A program made the position numbers and the translations under genes. The notes beneath the pieces are model-generated. The model had not been told where the DNA came from. It worked only from the letters and a program-made list of their open reading frames with translations, and made no database searches. DNA of 64,000 bases from Ginglymostoma cirratum (Eukaryota): assembly GCA_024137785.1 (NCBI GenBank), contig JAHRHZ010000267.1, positions 14,335,454 through 14,399,453 of the forward strand, given 5' to 3'. This document shows, in pieces, positions 39,621 through 54,085 of this stretch. Each line of letters opens with the position of its first letter. Within the stretch, counting starts at the first letter, position 1.

Positions 39621-40439
39621 ATGAAGTATGTGGGTTTGATAACCTTTTAAGGTTCACTGAATGCCTTCAAGTTATTTTAGCCCTACGTCCCGACACAAAG
39701 ATGACACTTTTTGTGGACGACACTCCTTTACAATTGCAGACAAAGAAAACTCACTGGAGAAGTAAACACATCTGTTACTTTATAGCAGTCTCTTTTCTAT
39801 TCTAACCAAAGCAAACACTATTTTCTAAATCACATGAATTACTTATTTACAACAAAATTGATTAATGTTACCTTTTGCCTTCTCTGTATACTTCCCACAA
39901 ATCCTAATTCCTCACCACTGCTCTCAATATTAAAAACAACTGGCATGGTCTACATCATAATGTAGCATTGACAGAATGGGTGCTATGGAGCTTATCTTTG
40001 CTTCTGAACCTTTCAAATCCATTTTGAATCAGGACAATTCAGATTTTGTCCAGTTTAGATCTTATTGGAGTTTAGTGACCAGTTATAGTGGTTCTCTATA
40101 AAACCCAGTGACAAGTAATCTATGTCAGTGATGCTGCTCACAAAATCAAACTCTAAATGAGCTTTTATGATTTGGGGATTCATCAGCTGTAGCTTAGACC
40201 CCAAAAGTCAAAGTACCACAAAGGACCTGGAAGATGATGATGAGGTGGAGGGCAGAATGGGTACAAGAACCAGACAAAATGACTAAATGTGACACTTCCT
40301 GGAGAAAATAAATTCACAATCTTTTTTCAGGTCAGGAAGAGTGAGAAATCATCCTCCAACATACATCAAGGTTGATATCACAAAGAGTACAGTCACCTTC
40401 TCAGACTAGACCAGAAGATCATCTCTGAAAATGTGAAAG

Positions 40440-41505
40440 AAAATGGTTGGACTGGTCCCACTGGTTGGACTCATACTTGTCACATAGGAAAATAGTTGGG
40501 GTATTGGAGGTCAGTCATCTCAGTTCCAGGACATTTCTGCAAGGTATCTTCAGAGTAGTACCTATGGCACATCAACTTCAGCTGCTTCATCAATGATCTT
40601 TCCTCCATCATAAGGTCAGAAATGGAGATGTTCGCTGATGGCTGCACACAATTTAGCATTATTTGCAGTTCCTCAAATACTGAATCAGTTCACAGCCAAG
40701 TGCAACAAAATCTGGGCTGACAAGTGGTATTACATTCTCACCACACAAATGCCAGGCAACGATCATCTGCAATAAGGAAGAATCTAACCATCACTACCTG
40801 ACACTCAGCGGTATCACAATCACTGAATCCCTCTCTGTCAACATCCTGGGGGTTACCATTGATTGAAGATTATACTGGACTCATTACTTATGTACTGTGG
40901 CTACAAGAGCAGGTGAAAGGCAGCATCTTGCAGCAAGTAACTCATCTCCTGACTCTCCAAAGCATGTCCACCATCTACAAGGCACAAGTCAGGATTATGA
41001 TGGAATGCTGACCAACTGTCTGGATGAATGCACCTCCAAAAACACTCAAGAAGCTTGACACTATCCATGACGAAGCAACTGGCTTAATTAGCATCAACAT
41101 CACAAACGCTCACTCCTTCCACCACTGATGCTCAGTAGTGTCAGCATGCACCATCTACAAATGCACTGCAGAAGTTCACCAAGGCTGCTAAGACAACACT
41201 TTCCAAATCCATGACCACTACAATCTAGAAGGACAAGAGCAGAAGATAGATAACAACACTATGACCTGCAAGTTTCCTTCCAAGCCACTCAACATCCTGA
41301 CTTGGAACTATATCACCATTTCTTCGGTGCTTGTTGATGTAAATCCTGGAACTCCCTTCTTAATGGCATTGTAGATGTATCTCCACCAAATAGATGGCAG
41401 TAGTTCAAGAAGACAGCTCACAGTCACCTTCTCAAGATCCACTAGGAAACGATAATAAATGCTGGCCCAGCCACTGATGATCACATCTCACAATTGAATT
41501 TTTTA
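40440..41505 (+). mobile_element. CR1/L2-group LINE RT 3' fragment
   Basis: FSCFINDLSSIIRSEMEMFADGCT; STIYKAQVRIMME; tail with AATAAATGCTGGCC. Confidence 0.85.
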
Positions 41506-41599
41506 AAAAACTAAGGAAAATCACCTTGAAACTGAACAATGTCATGATAACACAAGGAGGAACTGAGATTCAACAGTTCAGAACTACCCAAATCCCAGA

Positions 41600-42510
41600 G
41601 GTTCATAGAGGAAAAGATGCTAGTTACATGTTCTATGTCATTAATCATGTATTTGAGCAGTTGTGAAAAATTACAGCTTGTCATGTAAGCCATGAGGTGA
41701 TGAATACCGACTGAAAATTACCCTCCATTCAGAAGTAAGGAAGTTGTGGTAAAAATGTACCCAGGATGTTTTCGTGTGATCATTGGTTATTAAGGATTTG
41801 AGTACCACATCACTATTGATCCAACCTTGAAGCTACTAAGTCATCCCTTCCGTAAAATACCAATAGAACTAAAAGGAAGAGAGACCCAACAGATGGAAGA
41901 AAAGGACGTGATTACCAGAGTCATAGAATATACAGGATGGATAAATTCCATCATGCTGAGAGAGAAGCCAAATGGACAGCCAGGAATTTGCCTAGATTCT
42001 ATAATCTTGATCAAGCAATAAAGATAAATCACTCCCCTATTCCAACACTGGTAGAGGTAGCACAGCACTGGCAGGGGCAATGATTTTCAGCAAGCTTGAT
42101 GCCAAAATGTCTACTGAAACTTGAAAGTTGATGAGGAAGCTTGCTGTTGACAACATACAACACATCTTTGACCAATGCAATCTTCTGGCTTTAAAGTGAG
42201 CCAGCGAGTAGATGAGATATATTAAGGATGTAAAGGAGCAGTTGGCATGGCTAATAATATCTAGATTTATGGTGTAAATGAAAAAGATCACAACCCCAAT
42301 CTACAAAAAGCCATGGGGAGAATGGCTTCTGGAAATCTGGAATCAAGCTAAACGCAGGGAACTGCATTATGAAGGAGACAGAATGACATTTCTTCACAAT
42401 GGTGTACACACCGGACAAAGTCAAGATGAGTCCTGGAAAAATCATAGCCATCTTTGAGATCGAAGGTCTTGAAGCAATGAGAAGTTCCCCTGCTTGATGA
42501 ATTGCTGAAA
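41600..42510 (+). mobile_element. Gypsy LTR-retrotransposon RT fragment
   Basis: MEEKDVITRVIEYTGWINSIMLREKPNGQPGICLDS and LAGAMIFSKLDAK (42067-42106). Confidence 0.8.
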
Positions 42511-42511
42511 A

Positions 42512-42728
42512 AAATCATCATAATTCTAATGGACCATAGGGTTGCTGTGTCATTAGAGGTGGCTGTTGGTGGTTTAACCTGAAGGTGAACACACATCAGG
42601 CAAGGGGGTAGGTTGACGAAGGACAATCTTTTATGATAACCTCAGTCAGTTGGGGAATTAAAACTACCCTGTTGATGTCACTCTTCATCACACCTCAGCT
42701 CTCCAGCCCAATGAGCTAAAGAACCCCC
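42512..42728 (-). mobile_element. tRNA-derived SINE (family B)
   Basis: Minus strand begins GGGGGTTCTTTAGCTCATTGG (A-box). Homologous to 22010-22232. Confidence 0.7.
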
Positions 42729-42859
42729 TTTACCGAGTTACTTGATAATTACAAGTCACATGACACAGCAAACCTGTGAAAGATGAGAGAGAAGATCTAG
42801 GCAAAAGTACCTATTGCCTAACAAATGTGCCATTGAAATTGAGTCAAATTAGAGTTAAG

Positions 42860-43145
42860 ATCAGCAAAAATAAAGAGTTATGGCAATAGTGAAATTTTAT
42901 TTTGTTCTTCATAAAGAATTCAGGAGTTTTAAGCTTGTCTAATTGTTGCATTAAAAAAAACTACTTGGTTAATTAATGTCTATCAGGGGAGGAAATCTCC
43001 CACCTTTCTTGGTCTGGCCTAAATTTGACATCAAACCAACAGTAATAACTCCCAACAACCCTCTGAAATGGCCTAGCAAGCCATTCAGTTTATGAGCAAT
43101 AAATGGGGAGCCAGGTACCAACACCTATATCCCATGGATGATTTA
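42860..43145 (+). mobile_element. SINE fragment sharing head and tail with 8325-9020
   Basis: GGGGAGGAAATCT...TGGTCTGGCCT...CCTCTGAAATGGCCTAGCAAGCCATTCAGTT. Confidence 0.55.
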
Positions 43146-43669
43146 AAAGAAAAATGTAAGGATTACATGATAAGATCCTGCAATACATCAGAATTAGTCT
43201 ACCACAGATGATGTCTTACCAGAAGTTAGTGTCTGTAGCCCAAATCCAGAACAATGAAACCCAAATGATACAGGAAGAACGTCTTCAGAAGAAGGCCACA
43301 TGGGAATGAAGAAGGGTTAGCTCAGAGCCAGACCAGCTCTAATGGATGGGTACATAGTGATAGTTCAAAAGAGGCAATGGTCAGAAGACTACACATGGGT
43401 GGGATGTAACTAAGTGTAGTATTGGGAAATTAATTCCTATATAACTTCAGTGCATTATCTTTTACCTTTTATTATTATCAATTTACAGGAAGCTGGTGAG
43501 TTGTTCTTTTATTGTCCCTAAGCTAAGAAATTGCAAGTTCTATTACATTAACTAATTTTCTAGTTAAGTAGGATGTATCAGTACTGGTAAGGTTTATTGG
43601 GTTTGGTAATGTGTATTGGTATTACTAAGATTTATTCAGCCATAGCAAGAAAGCAAGACAAATAAAGGA

Positions 43670-44640
43670 GTTACAGGACTGCTTCAACCTCATGCCCATT
43701 CTGTGCTACATTGGAACTCCAGGACGTTTCCGTGTTCTGGATAAACATTTGTGCTGGGAAGGCCATCAACTGCAGCAACTTAGCCTCTAGGTTTCAGAAC
43801 TTGAGCAGCGATTGGCATGAGTACAGTACATCTGTGAGATGACAGCTAAGTGGAGAGCATGTTCATAGATGTGGTCACTCCGCAACCTAATAGAACCAAG
43901 GGAGAGAGGGAATGGGTGATCATCCAACGGTCAAAAAGGATGAGACAGATCGCACAGGAATTCCATCGAGTGTATTCCACTCTCCAAACAGTAATGAGTT
44001 CTGAATACTGATGAAAGTGATGGTTTATCTGGGAGTGCAGTCATTGCCTGGTCAATAGCAGCATGGGGTGACTTAGCTGCGCAGGGGTGTATACAGGGAA
44101 GTCTGGAAGGATCACAGCGATTTTTGATTCCATAGTCGGGTGATCAGATTGACATTTGTCTGTCCCAATTAGGGCTTCCAGGGAAATGTATTTCTTCCCT
44201 GTTACCAGGGTCAAGGACCTCATTGAGTAGGTGCAGAGCACCCTGAGTTAGGGAGGGTGGGGGTGGGGGCAGGGAAGTTAACAGTCAGTAGTCTTGGTCC
44301 ACATCTGTACCAAAAACATCCATAGAAAAGGGATGTGGATCTGTAGCCAGAATGCAGGGAAGTAGATGGAAAGTGAACAACCCGAACCCCAAAGGTAGTA
44401 ATTTCTGGATTAATCTCAGTAACATTTGCAAGTGAGTACAGTTGCAAATAAGAAGATGACACAGTTAAATGTGTCTGGAAGATTAGGAAAGGACTAAGGG
44501 GTTTAAATTCTTGAAATATTGGGACTGGCTTTGGGGGGAGTAAGGCCTCGACAGGCTGCACCTGAACAAAGCTGAGTTCCTAGCAGAAGGTTTTGCTGAT
44601 GCTGTTGGGTGGGGTTTAGCAGGGGCATGGAACTTGAAAA
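43670..44640 (+). mobile_element. CR1 ORF1 relic (Zn-finger / coiled coil + SGNH esterase)
   Basis: Cys-rich segment followed by VSELEQRL; AIFDSIV (GDS motif) and FPVTRVKD (CLPGARV.D motif); KVVISGL; LHLN. Confidence 0.7.
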
Positions 44641-45069
44641 TAGATTCAGTTGGATCAAAATTAAAACTTAAAATGCAAGGAAGAAAATTAGTGATGAGTC
44701 TGGGAAGCAGATGAAAGAAAGGTTAGAAAATAATAACAATGAGAAAAAAGCTTGGCAGTGTTCAAAGGTACTAAGAGTATAGCGGATGAAGCATTAATTT
44801 ATTGGTCTGAAAAAGTTAATGGTTTTGATGATGTCAAGGAAACTTGGCCACAGTAATGAAAGTGGGAAACAGACCTAAGACTAGTTTCCGTCTAACAGTA
44901 ATGTAGATTATTTTTATGGAATCTGTAGGTAGTTGCATTGATGCAACAAACCTCACATTTATGACTTCTTGTTTCAGCAATAGACTGTTGGTTAGATCAG
45001 AAAGGCGGCTATCTTTACTTCAGAAAGGAACAAACAAAACTAGAGAGCGCAGATAGAAATGTAATGTGA

Positions 45070-45918
45070 CACTTGGGTCAATAGTCTGAGGAATGGCAGA
45101 TGGAGTTTAATTTGGGTAAATGTAAGGTGTTGCTTTTTGGTAAAACAAACAAAAGCAGGACTTATACAATTAATGGTAGGGCCCTGGGTAGTGTTGTAAA
45201 ACTGAGGGGCCTAGAGGTTCAAGTACATAATTCTTTGAAATTTGCATTGCAGGTAGGTAGGGTGGTTAAGAAGGCATTTAGCACACTTGTCTTCATTGAT
45301 CAGATCTTTGAGTATATGAGTTGGGATGTAATGTTGAGGTTGTGCAGGACGTTAGTGAGGCCTTTTCTGGAGTACTGTATGCAGTTCTGGTTGCTATGTT
45401 ACAGAAAGGATATTATTAAGTTGGAGAGGGTTCAGAAAAGATTTACCAGCATCTTGCCAGGAATGGAGGGTTTGACTTATGAAAATAAGCTGGATAGGCT
45501 GGGACTTTTTTCACTGGAGTTTAGGAGGTCGCGAGGTGACCTTATAGTGTTTTATAAAATCATGAGGGACATAGATAAGGTGAATAGTAAAGGTCTTTTC
45601 GCTAATGTGGAGGAGTTCAAAACTAGATGGCATATTTTTAAGGTAAGAAGAGAAAGATTTAGAAAGAAGACTAGGGGTAATTTTTTCACATAGAGAGTGG
45701 TTCGTGTGAGAAATGAACTGCCAGAGAAAGTGGTGGATGCAGCAAGAGTTACAACATTTAAAAGACATTTGGATAAGTTCATGAATAGGAAAGGTTTGGA
45801 GGGATATGGGCAACCGGAGGCAGGTGGGACTAGTTTAGTTTGAGAACATGGTCAGCATGGACTAGTTGGACCTAAAGGTCTGTTTCCACAATATATGACT
45901 TGATGACTCTATGGCTCT
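45070..45918 (+). mobile_element. CR1 LINE, 5'-truncated ORF2 C-terminus and 3' UTR
   Basis: 197-aa ORF 45100-45693: MEFNLGKCKVL...LVRPFLEYCMQFW...RGDLIVFYKIM; terminal TGACTCTATG repeats. Confidence 0.95.
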
Positions 45919-46797
45919 GTTTCAATTGTGACTAAAAGTGTCTGCCTGCCATCTTAAATCCTCACTTCCACTTTCCTGCCTTTCCCCTATAACATTTATA
46001 ACCTTAGTATAGCAATGACAGAAACATGGCTTGAGGATCTCTGTGTGTTACATTTCCCTGGCATAGCCACTGCTGGGCAGTTCATTCAGCTATACCTTTG
46101 TGCTTGGAGGAACCTGTAGGCTGGTTAGGGAGTAGGACCCTCCAGGACTATCACCTGTGCAGTTCATGGTCTAAGCCCTATGATTTTTGGTTGCTGGAGC
46201 CCCTGTCTCATAGATCAAGTTACTTAATCCCCTGCTCACTGTGAGTATACTCACAACCATTTTCTTCGCATCATGCATTTCAATTTGCACAACAATGGAA
46301 GGTGACAATGAGAAATGCCTGTTAGTCACTTATAGCCTCAGCCTGGTGAGTCATTTACTTCTGGATCCAACTAGAGGGTGAACATCTGGTCTCCTTCTAG
46401 AACAACAGCCATTGAAACAATGACAGAATCTATTCATTTGAACACTACCAACTGTTATAAACTCTAGATCCAGTGCTGCAGATGAAAGATTACAGGAAGC
46501 AAGCCTGTCTAATGTCATGACTTTGCACAGGGAGTGAATGTTCATGAAATAAGTTGTCCAGAAAGTGAATTACATCAGGTAGTATATTAAAATGTAAAAA
46601 TTCAAATACGTATTTGAAAGACTATGAAATTAATTTTTAAAAATACAAGCAGGTCAATCAACATCTATGAAGAGAAACTGTGTTTATAAACGGGTTAAAT
46701 TTTCATCAGAATTAGAAGGTGCTAAACTTCAGTGGGTTTCCAACAACTGTGAATAAATGAAGACCCAGGGAAAAGTTAGTGTTTGGGAAAGGACAAC

Positions 46798-47078
46798 TTT
46801 TTTTTCATTTATTCACAAGATGTGAGCATTGCTGGTTAGACCAGCATTTATTGCTATTCGACTAATCATCCATGGGGCATTTAAGGGTCAAAATTACATT
46901 GTTGTGGGTCTAGAGTCACTTGTCGGCCAGACCAGGTAAGGATGGCAGTTCCCTTCCCTAAAGGACGTTAGTGAATCAAATGGGTTTTTCCCAAAAATCA
47001 ACAAATTGTTTCATGGTCATCAATAGACTCTTAATTCGAGATTTTTTTTTAGTCAATTAAAATTTCACCATCTGTTAT
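46798..47078 (-). mobile_element. SINE (same family as the 8325 head and tail)
   Basis: CCAGCATTTATTGC...GGTAAGGATGGCAGTTCCCTTCCCTAAAGGACGTTAGTGAA...CACCATCTG. Confidence 0.7.
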
Positions 47079-50000
47079 GGACAATCCCCTTACGGACAAT
47101 CTTTGATAGGATGAAGGGAATGAATGATTAAATGACAAAAATAATGATGGTGTAAGTCAAAATTATGCGATTAAAAAATGAAATATGGAATAAGGATGGG
47201 TCCAGAGGACATATAAATATTTAGAGAGGTCTTAGTAGTAATGGCAAGTAGGAAATGATTAAGAATTTAAACTGGGGAATGTGCTCCCAAGCTGCCACAT
47301 GTGCACCCATTGAGAGATTGTATATTTAATTAAAGTATTTATATCTGAACTCAATAAAATTCAGACATTGATTTAAATTTAACACTACCATTCCCAGAGC
47401 AGGGATGTGGCAGCAAGACGGAGGAATGAGCTGTTGCTAACTAATTCTTATAGCTTTCTCTGTGAACTGTCAGAAGGAGGAATGCTTGTCCTTGTTTACT
47501 CAATGAAGTCCTCTCACCTCCACTTTGTTGATGATGGGCACTTTCTTTTTTTCCACATTATGATGATGAACTCAACCCTGATTTCTCATTCCCTCTTCGC
47601 ATGATCATGAAGTACCTTCATCCCCTCTCCCCCTCCAAGCCACAAAGTCTCACTCTCTGTCTCATCAACTATTCTTCCATCCAAACATCGATCCCTTGCT
47701 TCCAGGAGTTATCAGATTCAAGAAATATACAGATGAGCCTTAGAGGTATGCATGATCCAACAGTGACCTCAATGGTCATGAGGGAGGCAGAGAAGGTTGG
47801 AACTGAAGTAACTTAGCTCAGAAATGTATACTGAAATATCCTTTCATATGGTATAAAATAAACACATTTTGGATAAGTACTATCATTTCAAGAAATAGTT
47901 TGAGGGTATATGACAGCCATACTAAAATATTTTTCATCCTTCATGATTCCTGGCTTCTAACAAACCCTGATCATTTGGTCATCCTGCAATCAACCTTCAT
48001 TCTTGTCCCTATTCTTGCATGTGCTCACAGAGCCCCTTCCTCGTGTCCCCTTTTGAAGGGATTCCAGCTGTGGTCTTATACCAGTGGGAGATGGCCATAT
48101 TGTCAATTTAGACGGCTACTTGTCTAGAAGTCGAGAAAGCAAATTGATGTCGGACCACTAAGTTCATCAGAACATCCGTAGTCTCAGACTTGCAGGTCCT
48201 TTTATTTTCCTGCAATTACCCCATAACCTCTCTATTTTCTTATGAAAATTGTTAGATGTTGGGTGGGATGGCAGTGGTGATGTTTTGAATGGAAGAGTGG
48301 ACTGAGATGTCATGGTGAAAACATTTTTTTAAAACACTCCAAGGAGTCTGGTTGCAGTAGGAAAAGCGAAGAGACAGCTGAAGCAACTAAGAAACTTGAC
48401 CTTGGCCTGGGTTTGATATATAAAAAAAAATAGAATTACAGGAAAAAAGGAGAAATGATTAAATTCTCAGCACTGACATCCTTCACCATGATAAGTGTGA
48501 AAATTCACTGCACATATTTAAAATTTGATATTACTGCCAGAACCAAACAGTTTTTGCTAAAGGCAATGTGAGCTGACTGATGTAATATTGGTTGTGTAGA
48601 TGTAGAACTGTGATTTTTAACCTCACCCCCCCCCAACTAAAATCAACTTTTGATTAAATGAATGTGTGAAAAGAAAAATGTATCAGAGAACTGTTCCTTT
48701 ACACTTGAAGTGCAAATGGTGATGTAGTCTGACAGAATGAGCACTCAACTCCTACAGTTCTGTGGAGGAAAGAGGTGCTGATATCTTCCCTGTTTTCCAC
48801 ACAATATTCTCTGAATTGCAAACTAATCCTGGATTTCCTCTGTTAATTACTATTAATCATGATCTCTTTTCACAATAAACAGATGTTTTTCTTTGTTGCT
48901 TGGCATTGTTCCTACATTAATACTTTACCCTATTCCAAGCACTTTGTGTGGCGTGCTTGTTCAATAAATGTTTGAAAGAGAAACTTAAAAGACTTGCCTC
49001 TTTAAAGAATATAAGGTTAACAATACAAACTATTATTAAATATACTGACACAGAATACTTCAACAAAGTTTTTATTCTTCCCTTCTAGAGCTTGATATAT
49101 ATACATGACACTCCTTATCTAAATAACCTTGAATTGTTTCCTTTGACGCAAATCCCTTTTCTGACTTTTTTAAGCCGCAGAAGCCAACCGGGAGTAATTT
49201 ATTGAGATGATGCTACTTAATCAAAGCAGACATCCTGATTTATGAATAAGTAAGCTGTGTACTACCTCAATTATTGTGGATTTAAGAGGAGTCCATCTGT
49301 CGATGAGGATGCCTTAGCTCCCTTTTCAAAGTAACTTTTAAGTTTTTATGTAGACAACGGAGAGAATATATTGTGCTGGTACAGGGGAGGTGATGCCTGA
49401 GTGAGATAATTGCTCGATTATTAATTCAGGAAACACAGCTAATGTGCAGGGGACATGGGTTCAAATCCCATCACAAAACCTCTGAGCCAAGAGGCTTGGG
49501 TTTAGGTCTCACCTGCTCTAGAGATGAGAGATCATATTTCTGAAAAAGTTGATTAGGACCTACCTACATTATGTTTGTAAATGCTAATAATCTGTCCAGT
49601 CATGGAAGTAAATTTGAAAAGGGCATTACGTTTCTATAAGTGAATCAATCAGTTGGATTCTAATTGTCTAGATTAGGATTGAAAACTCTTAATATGAAAA
49701 ATTGACTTAATCTCAGCTTTATTGATTCACGTAACCTTAAGAATGTTGGAAAAGCCATGAATTGTTTTTTAAAACTGCTTCTGTCACAGAATGAGTATTG
49801 CATTGTGCTTAATGCTGCTGATGTGATGTTACTGTGAGATCTCAGACAGAGTTACCTGATGGATAGTTAGCTGTGTGGAGAAATTGCAGCATAATCGGGT
49901 AACTCTAGTTTATAGACATCACTGCAAACATAAGCCTCAAACTGTGAACGAACCGGACAATGTGTGAGAATTAAGAGCCTGGATAAGGAATTCACAGGAC

Positions 50001-50429
50001 AGTAAAATCAGGACGTTTATGTCTTCAGATTCCCATAACTCAGAAATAATCTCCTATTCGACTCAAAGCACTGGTGTTTTATTAAGTTTATTTCTTGCTG
50101 GTCTTCAAGTGGCTGATAGACTGATGCATTGTTACTCAGCACTTACCTGCAGTGCAACAGTGAATATGGCACCCTGGGATATAAAATCATTTTACAATTA
50201 GTTCCTATCTCCTCAAACATAATTAGCAGTATGTCATCCCTCGCCTCTTTTTAAAGAAAACCTTCTAAATCAACGTAACTGCACCAATCATTATTTTTTT
50301 CTTTTCTGAACCAAATAAGATTAACAATTGACTTTTCTAAACAAACAGAACTCCTCAAGAGAGTTTTGTAGCTTGCTTTATTTTCTTACACTATTATTCA
50401 TAGCTTTACTTAAATAGTAGAATGTTGCT

Positions 50430-50800
50430 CCTTCATCTTTTAGATTTGGCATTCATTGCTCTCAGTGGAGAGTAGAAAACTGTGCAGGAAATGTTGATCA
50501 TATTGTTGGGAGTCTTGCCTGTTATTAATAACGTTGTATCACTTGCCGGTGACATTGTTGATGTTGTGTTACACGTCGCAAAGGCTGTCAAAATTGCCTC
50601 GCTAGTGGATGATGCCATTGGTGTTTTTGATGATCTTTTCTACTTTTCCAGCTCAGGTGTAGGTTGAATATGGATTCTGTTCCTTCCCATTTGCTGACCA
50701 GTTTCAATCTCAATGACGCATGGCCTTGAACTCTCTGCTTCACTGATAATGTTTGCTGGGTGTCAGGACTTTTGTGATCAGATCCTGCATTATGTCATGG
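50430..50800 (-). mobile_element. Gypsy integrase C-terminal fragment
   Basis: PANIISEAESSRPCVIEIETGQQMGRNRIHIQP, matching the PRSY..ET..G...RRNR.H motif. Confidence 0.6.
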
Positions 50801-52411
50801 ATAGGGTAAATGGAACTCTTTTTATTCCCTCAATCCCACGTTCCAGCATTTGATCCTTAGCCCTAAAGCACTTGAGGTGTATATCCATATACCTTCTGAG
50901 TTGAGTTGAGGGCTTTTCTTTCTAAAACCCTTTCAAGCAGTGAGTTCCAGGCCCCTACCACTCTCCAAATGATGTTCATGCTACTTATAACCAAACCACA
51001 GCTCAGACCATGAATCATGAGCAACTGCCACGTGCACACACTTCCTCCATGGACGTTTGCACATCAGGGCCATCCTGGCACCTCTTCAATGCTCTGGCGG
51101 GGTGCTCTGTAAGCATAGACTTGCATTGCACCTTGAGGCAGCTAGCTCGATCGTTCAGTGCCTATCTACATGGCTGCACATGCCTTGTCTTGTCATCACA
51201 TGATATTTGGCACTGTCACACAACCAGGCAGCATGCCTTGCTGGTCAGCAGTCCTCAGTTTAAGGAGCACAGATCTTGTAGAAGATCAGTAGGCTATGTT
51301 AATCCTCCCATTTGCCAACAGTTTACACAGCAAACACACAGCATATGCAGCAAGTAAGCAGCCATGCCTCAAAGACTGATGGGAGGAGTCCTCATTGAAG
51401 TCAGTGGAGGGCACCCTTCAGGCAGAGGGGTGCTGGCACAGTCAGCAAAGGGCAATCATTCCCTTCAAGGGGATAGACCATAATCAGGCAGTCGGTCAGA
51501 GTGGTCCCAGTAGGGTGAGTATATACTGCCACAGCCCAGGGAGTGGGTGGTTGCCATTCCTTTGATACCATGGCAGCCAGTCTACACAGAGGCCTTTGGC
51601 AACTGGGGAGATAAAGCATGATCAGTGAGGGGTCTGGACGTATCTCGCATGGGGCCTACCGTCCAGGTTGGCTGAGGGGTGGGCCACAGTCAGTCCACCA
51701 GATCCATCCACTGAAAATAAGGAGATGGGAGGGGGGAATTGCAGGGTGAACAATGCACCCCTTGCCATGGGACTCGGTCTCAGCAGGATTCACTGCACGA
51801 CTTGCGCTTTCAGGCTTTGGGGAATGGAGGAGTTTGATTTTGAGGGAGTGCCAAAGTATCTGCAAGGGGAGACACAGTAAAGTATGGCTGGGACAAGGGT
51901 ATTGTGGGAGGGTGCATTCTCCACATCAGCAGCACCTCATATGCCAGGGCCTGGCTGGGAAAGTTGGATGGGTGTAGGCATATGTAGACATATTTGGGTG
52001 GGGTCTTAGGGAAGTGTGAAGCCCGTTGAGTTTAAGGGATGGGTTACTTGGAAGAGATAGATCTAGGGGTAGGTGAGTACAACTCCTCTGCTTCTGTGTA
52101 TTAATTATAAGGCCGAAGCTTTCTAAGGCTTAAGCAAAGCAGTCAACAGTCAGCTGAATGTTCCAGTGTAGTTGTTAAGAGCACACAGTTGTTTCTAAAC
52201 TTGTTGAACAATCCTTGCAGGAATTCTTTCCCAATGGAGAGAAGTGACACACCACAATGATTTTCACCGATGGAATCGCTTCTATTTCATTTACATAGAG
52301 CAATGGCAGAATCATTGTAATCTTGGGCAGACTCCCCAAGTTCCAGATTAAGCAAAAGGGACCAATGAATTTCCTAACCATGTGGTATGGTATACATATC
52401 TGAATCGGTCT

Positions 52412-53375
52412 TGTTATCCCTGAGTGGTGTAGCACAATAGAAATAAAACCTGGCTATTTCTGGAGTCATCACAAAGGTTAAAGATTTAATTAAATTACGT
52501 GAAGTTCCCCAATTTAACTGTCTTTTATACCCAAGTTGACAGAAATCACAGACCAGGTCTCTGTACTTAAGAAAGATGACTACTTACCACAAATAAATTT
52601 TAGCTACAGGTAAACAATTATGAAACACCCACGTTTAACTCTACTCGTTAAAACCCTAACCCACTTCAAAAAATCTTCTCTCTACTTCCCTCTACACACA
52701 TACAGACAGATACAAGACAAAATGAGTATTATGGGTGGAGCAAAAAACTAGGAAGGGGTTCAATGGTCCCTGTCACAGGATTTGTTGAAATGACTCTTCT
52801 GCTGATCACAATGCTATTTTTAATCTTCCTCCTCCAGCCATGATTATTTGTTTGCAGGAGACACAGGGTGACTGATTCATGCTCTAAATAAAGTCCCCGT
52901 CTTATTAATTAAAACTGCTAGCTTACAGCAACGGATGAGAGGAAATAAATTGGCTTTCTGCTGACTTTCTTCTTGAGGTACTTTTTGAAGCAGAACAGAA
53001 ATACAGACCCCTCACTTCTGGAGATCTGATTTCGTCTAACAAATATTCATATATTTAAGCTGCTCAGCTACCCAGGAGCCATTCACATAATTGCTGGCAG
53101 GCAGGAGGCTTTTGTCATTGAGAACTGGACTTCAGCCCACAGCCCAGTCATCTGTCTGCCAAAGCTCCAGTCATGCACAAAACTGCTCACCCATAAGCAG
53201 GTTTCCACTACTGCTTGAACAATCAACTGTGTAAACATCACTTACAGTGAGTGTCAGGTTACTTACTTTTAAAAATGCAGCAATCCTTCAACAATTCCTT
53301 GGCTTTTAAATTAGTCCTTTTTTCCATTTCAGTTCACAGTCAACAAATACAGAAAAATAAAAAAATCAAGGTCTT
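52412..53375 (-). mobile_element. Solo-LTR-like element
   Basis: Begins TGTTATCCC; composition and layout resemble the other minus-strand LTR-like elements. The far end is uncertain. Confidence 0.35.
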
Positions 53376-53599
53376 TAGTTTGAGAGGGTTCCATATTGAG
53401 GGGAGTGCCATGAGAACCAGCCACAATGATGATGTAATTTTTATCTGTGTGGAGAAGAGCTTAGCATCTCAAATAAGTGCAGAATAAATAAATAAACAAC
53501 ATAAATGACCCTCTTCAAAGTCTCTGTATCACTATCAAATCAATTAACCCACAACTCGTTGCTGACCTGCCATAGACACTACATTTTGTTAACCTAAAG

Positions 53600-54085
53600 T
53601 GACTGATCTTGTTCGCCTCCAGCACAATAAGACCAAAGCAAATCCTGAAGTTTCCACTACTTAACAAGGATGTTGGAAGCAACCTTCACCATTATAGCAG
53701 TTCATACAGAGTCATGAGCTGGCAAGGCCACACAGAAGTTCTTCTGTACGTGAATACTTCAGATTGAATGTTAATGGCCCCTGGAGATTTGCCCATGGAC
53801 AGCCACTTTATGGTCCTGGTGACTTTAGTTTGTAATGGATTGGGGACAAGCTCAACTCGAATGCAATGCTCTAGAAGTGATTTAATGATATCATCGTTAG
53901 CTGTGGATTCTTGGTTCAGAAGATTGTTAAAACTCTCTGCCCAGCAAGAAATAATTTCATGTCTGTTCATTAAGAGCTGATTGCCATCTGCTGAGGGGAT
54001 GGGTGTTGTACCATTGGTTTTGGGACCATAGATAGAGTAATGCGTACAGCATCAAATGAGAGTGTTATATTCACAGTTTCCATTT
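53600..54085 (-). mobile_element. RTE LINE fragment (endonuclease-RT linker)
   Basis: EIISCWAESFNNLLNQES...TIKWLSMGKSPGAINIQSEVF. Confidence 0.8.

Noticed and set aside
45100-45693. 197-aa ORF as a host gene
   Set aside because: It is the CR1 ORF2 C-terminus of a 5'-truncated copy.
50482-50667. Hydrophobic 61-aa plus-strand ORF resembling a membrane or antimicrobial peptide
   Set aside because: It is antisense to the low-complexity tail of a Gypsy integrase fragment and starts at GTG.
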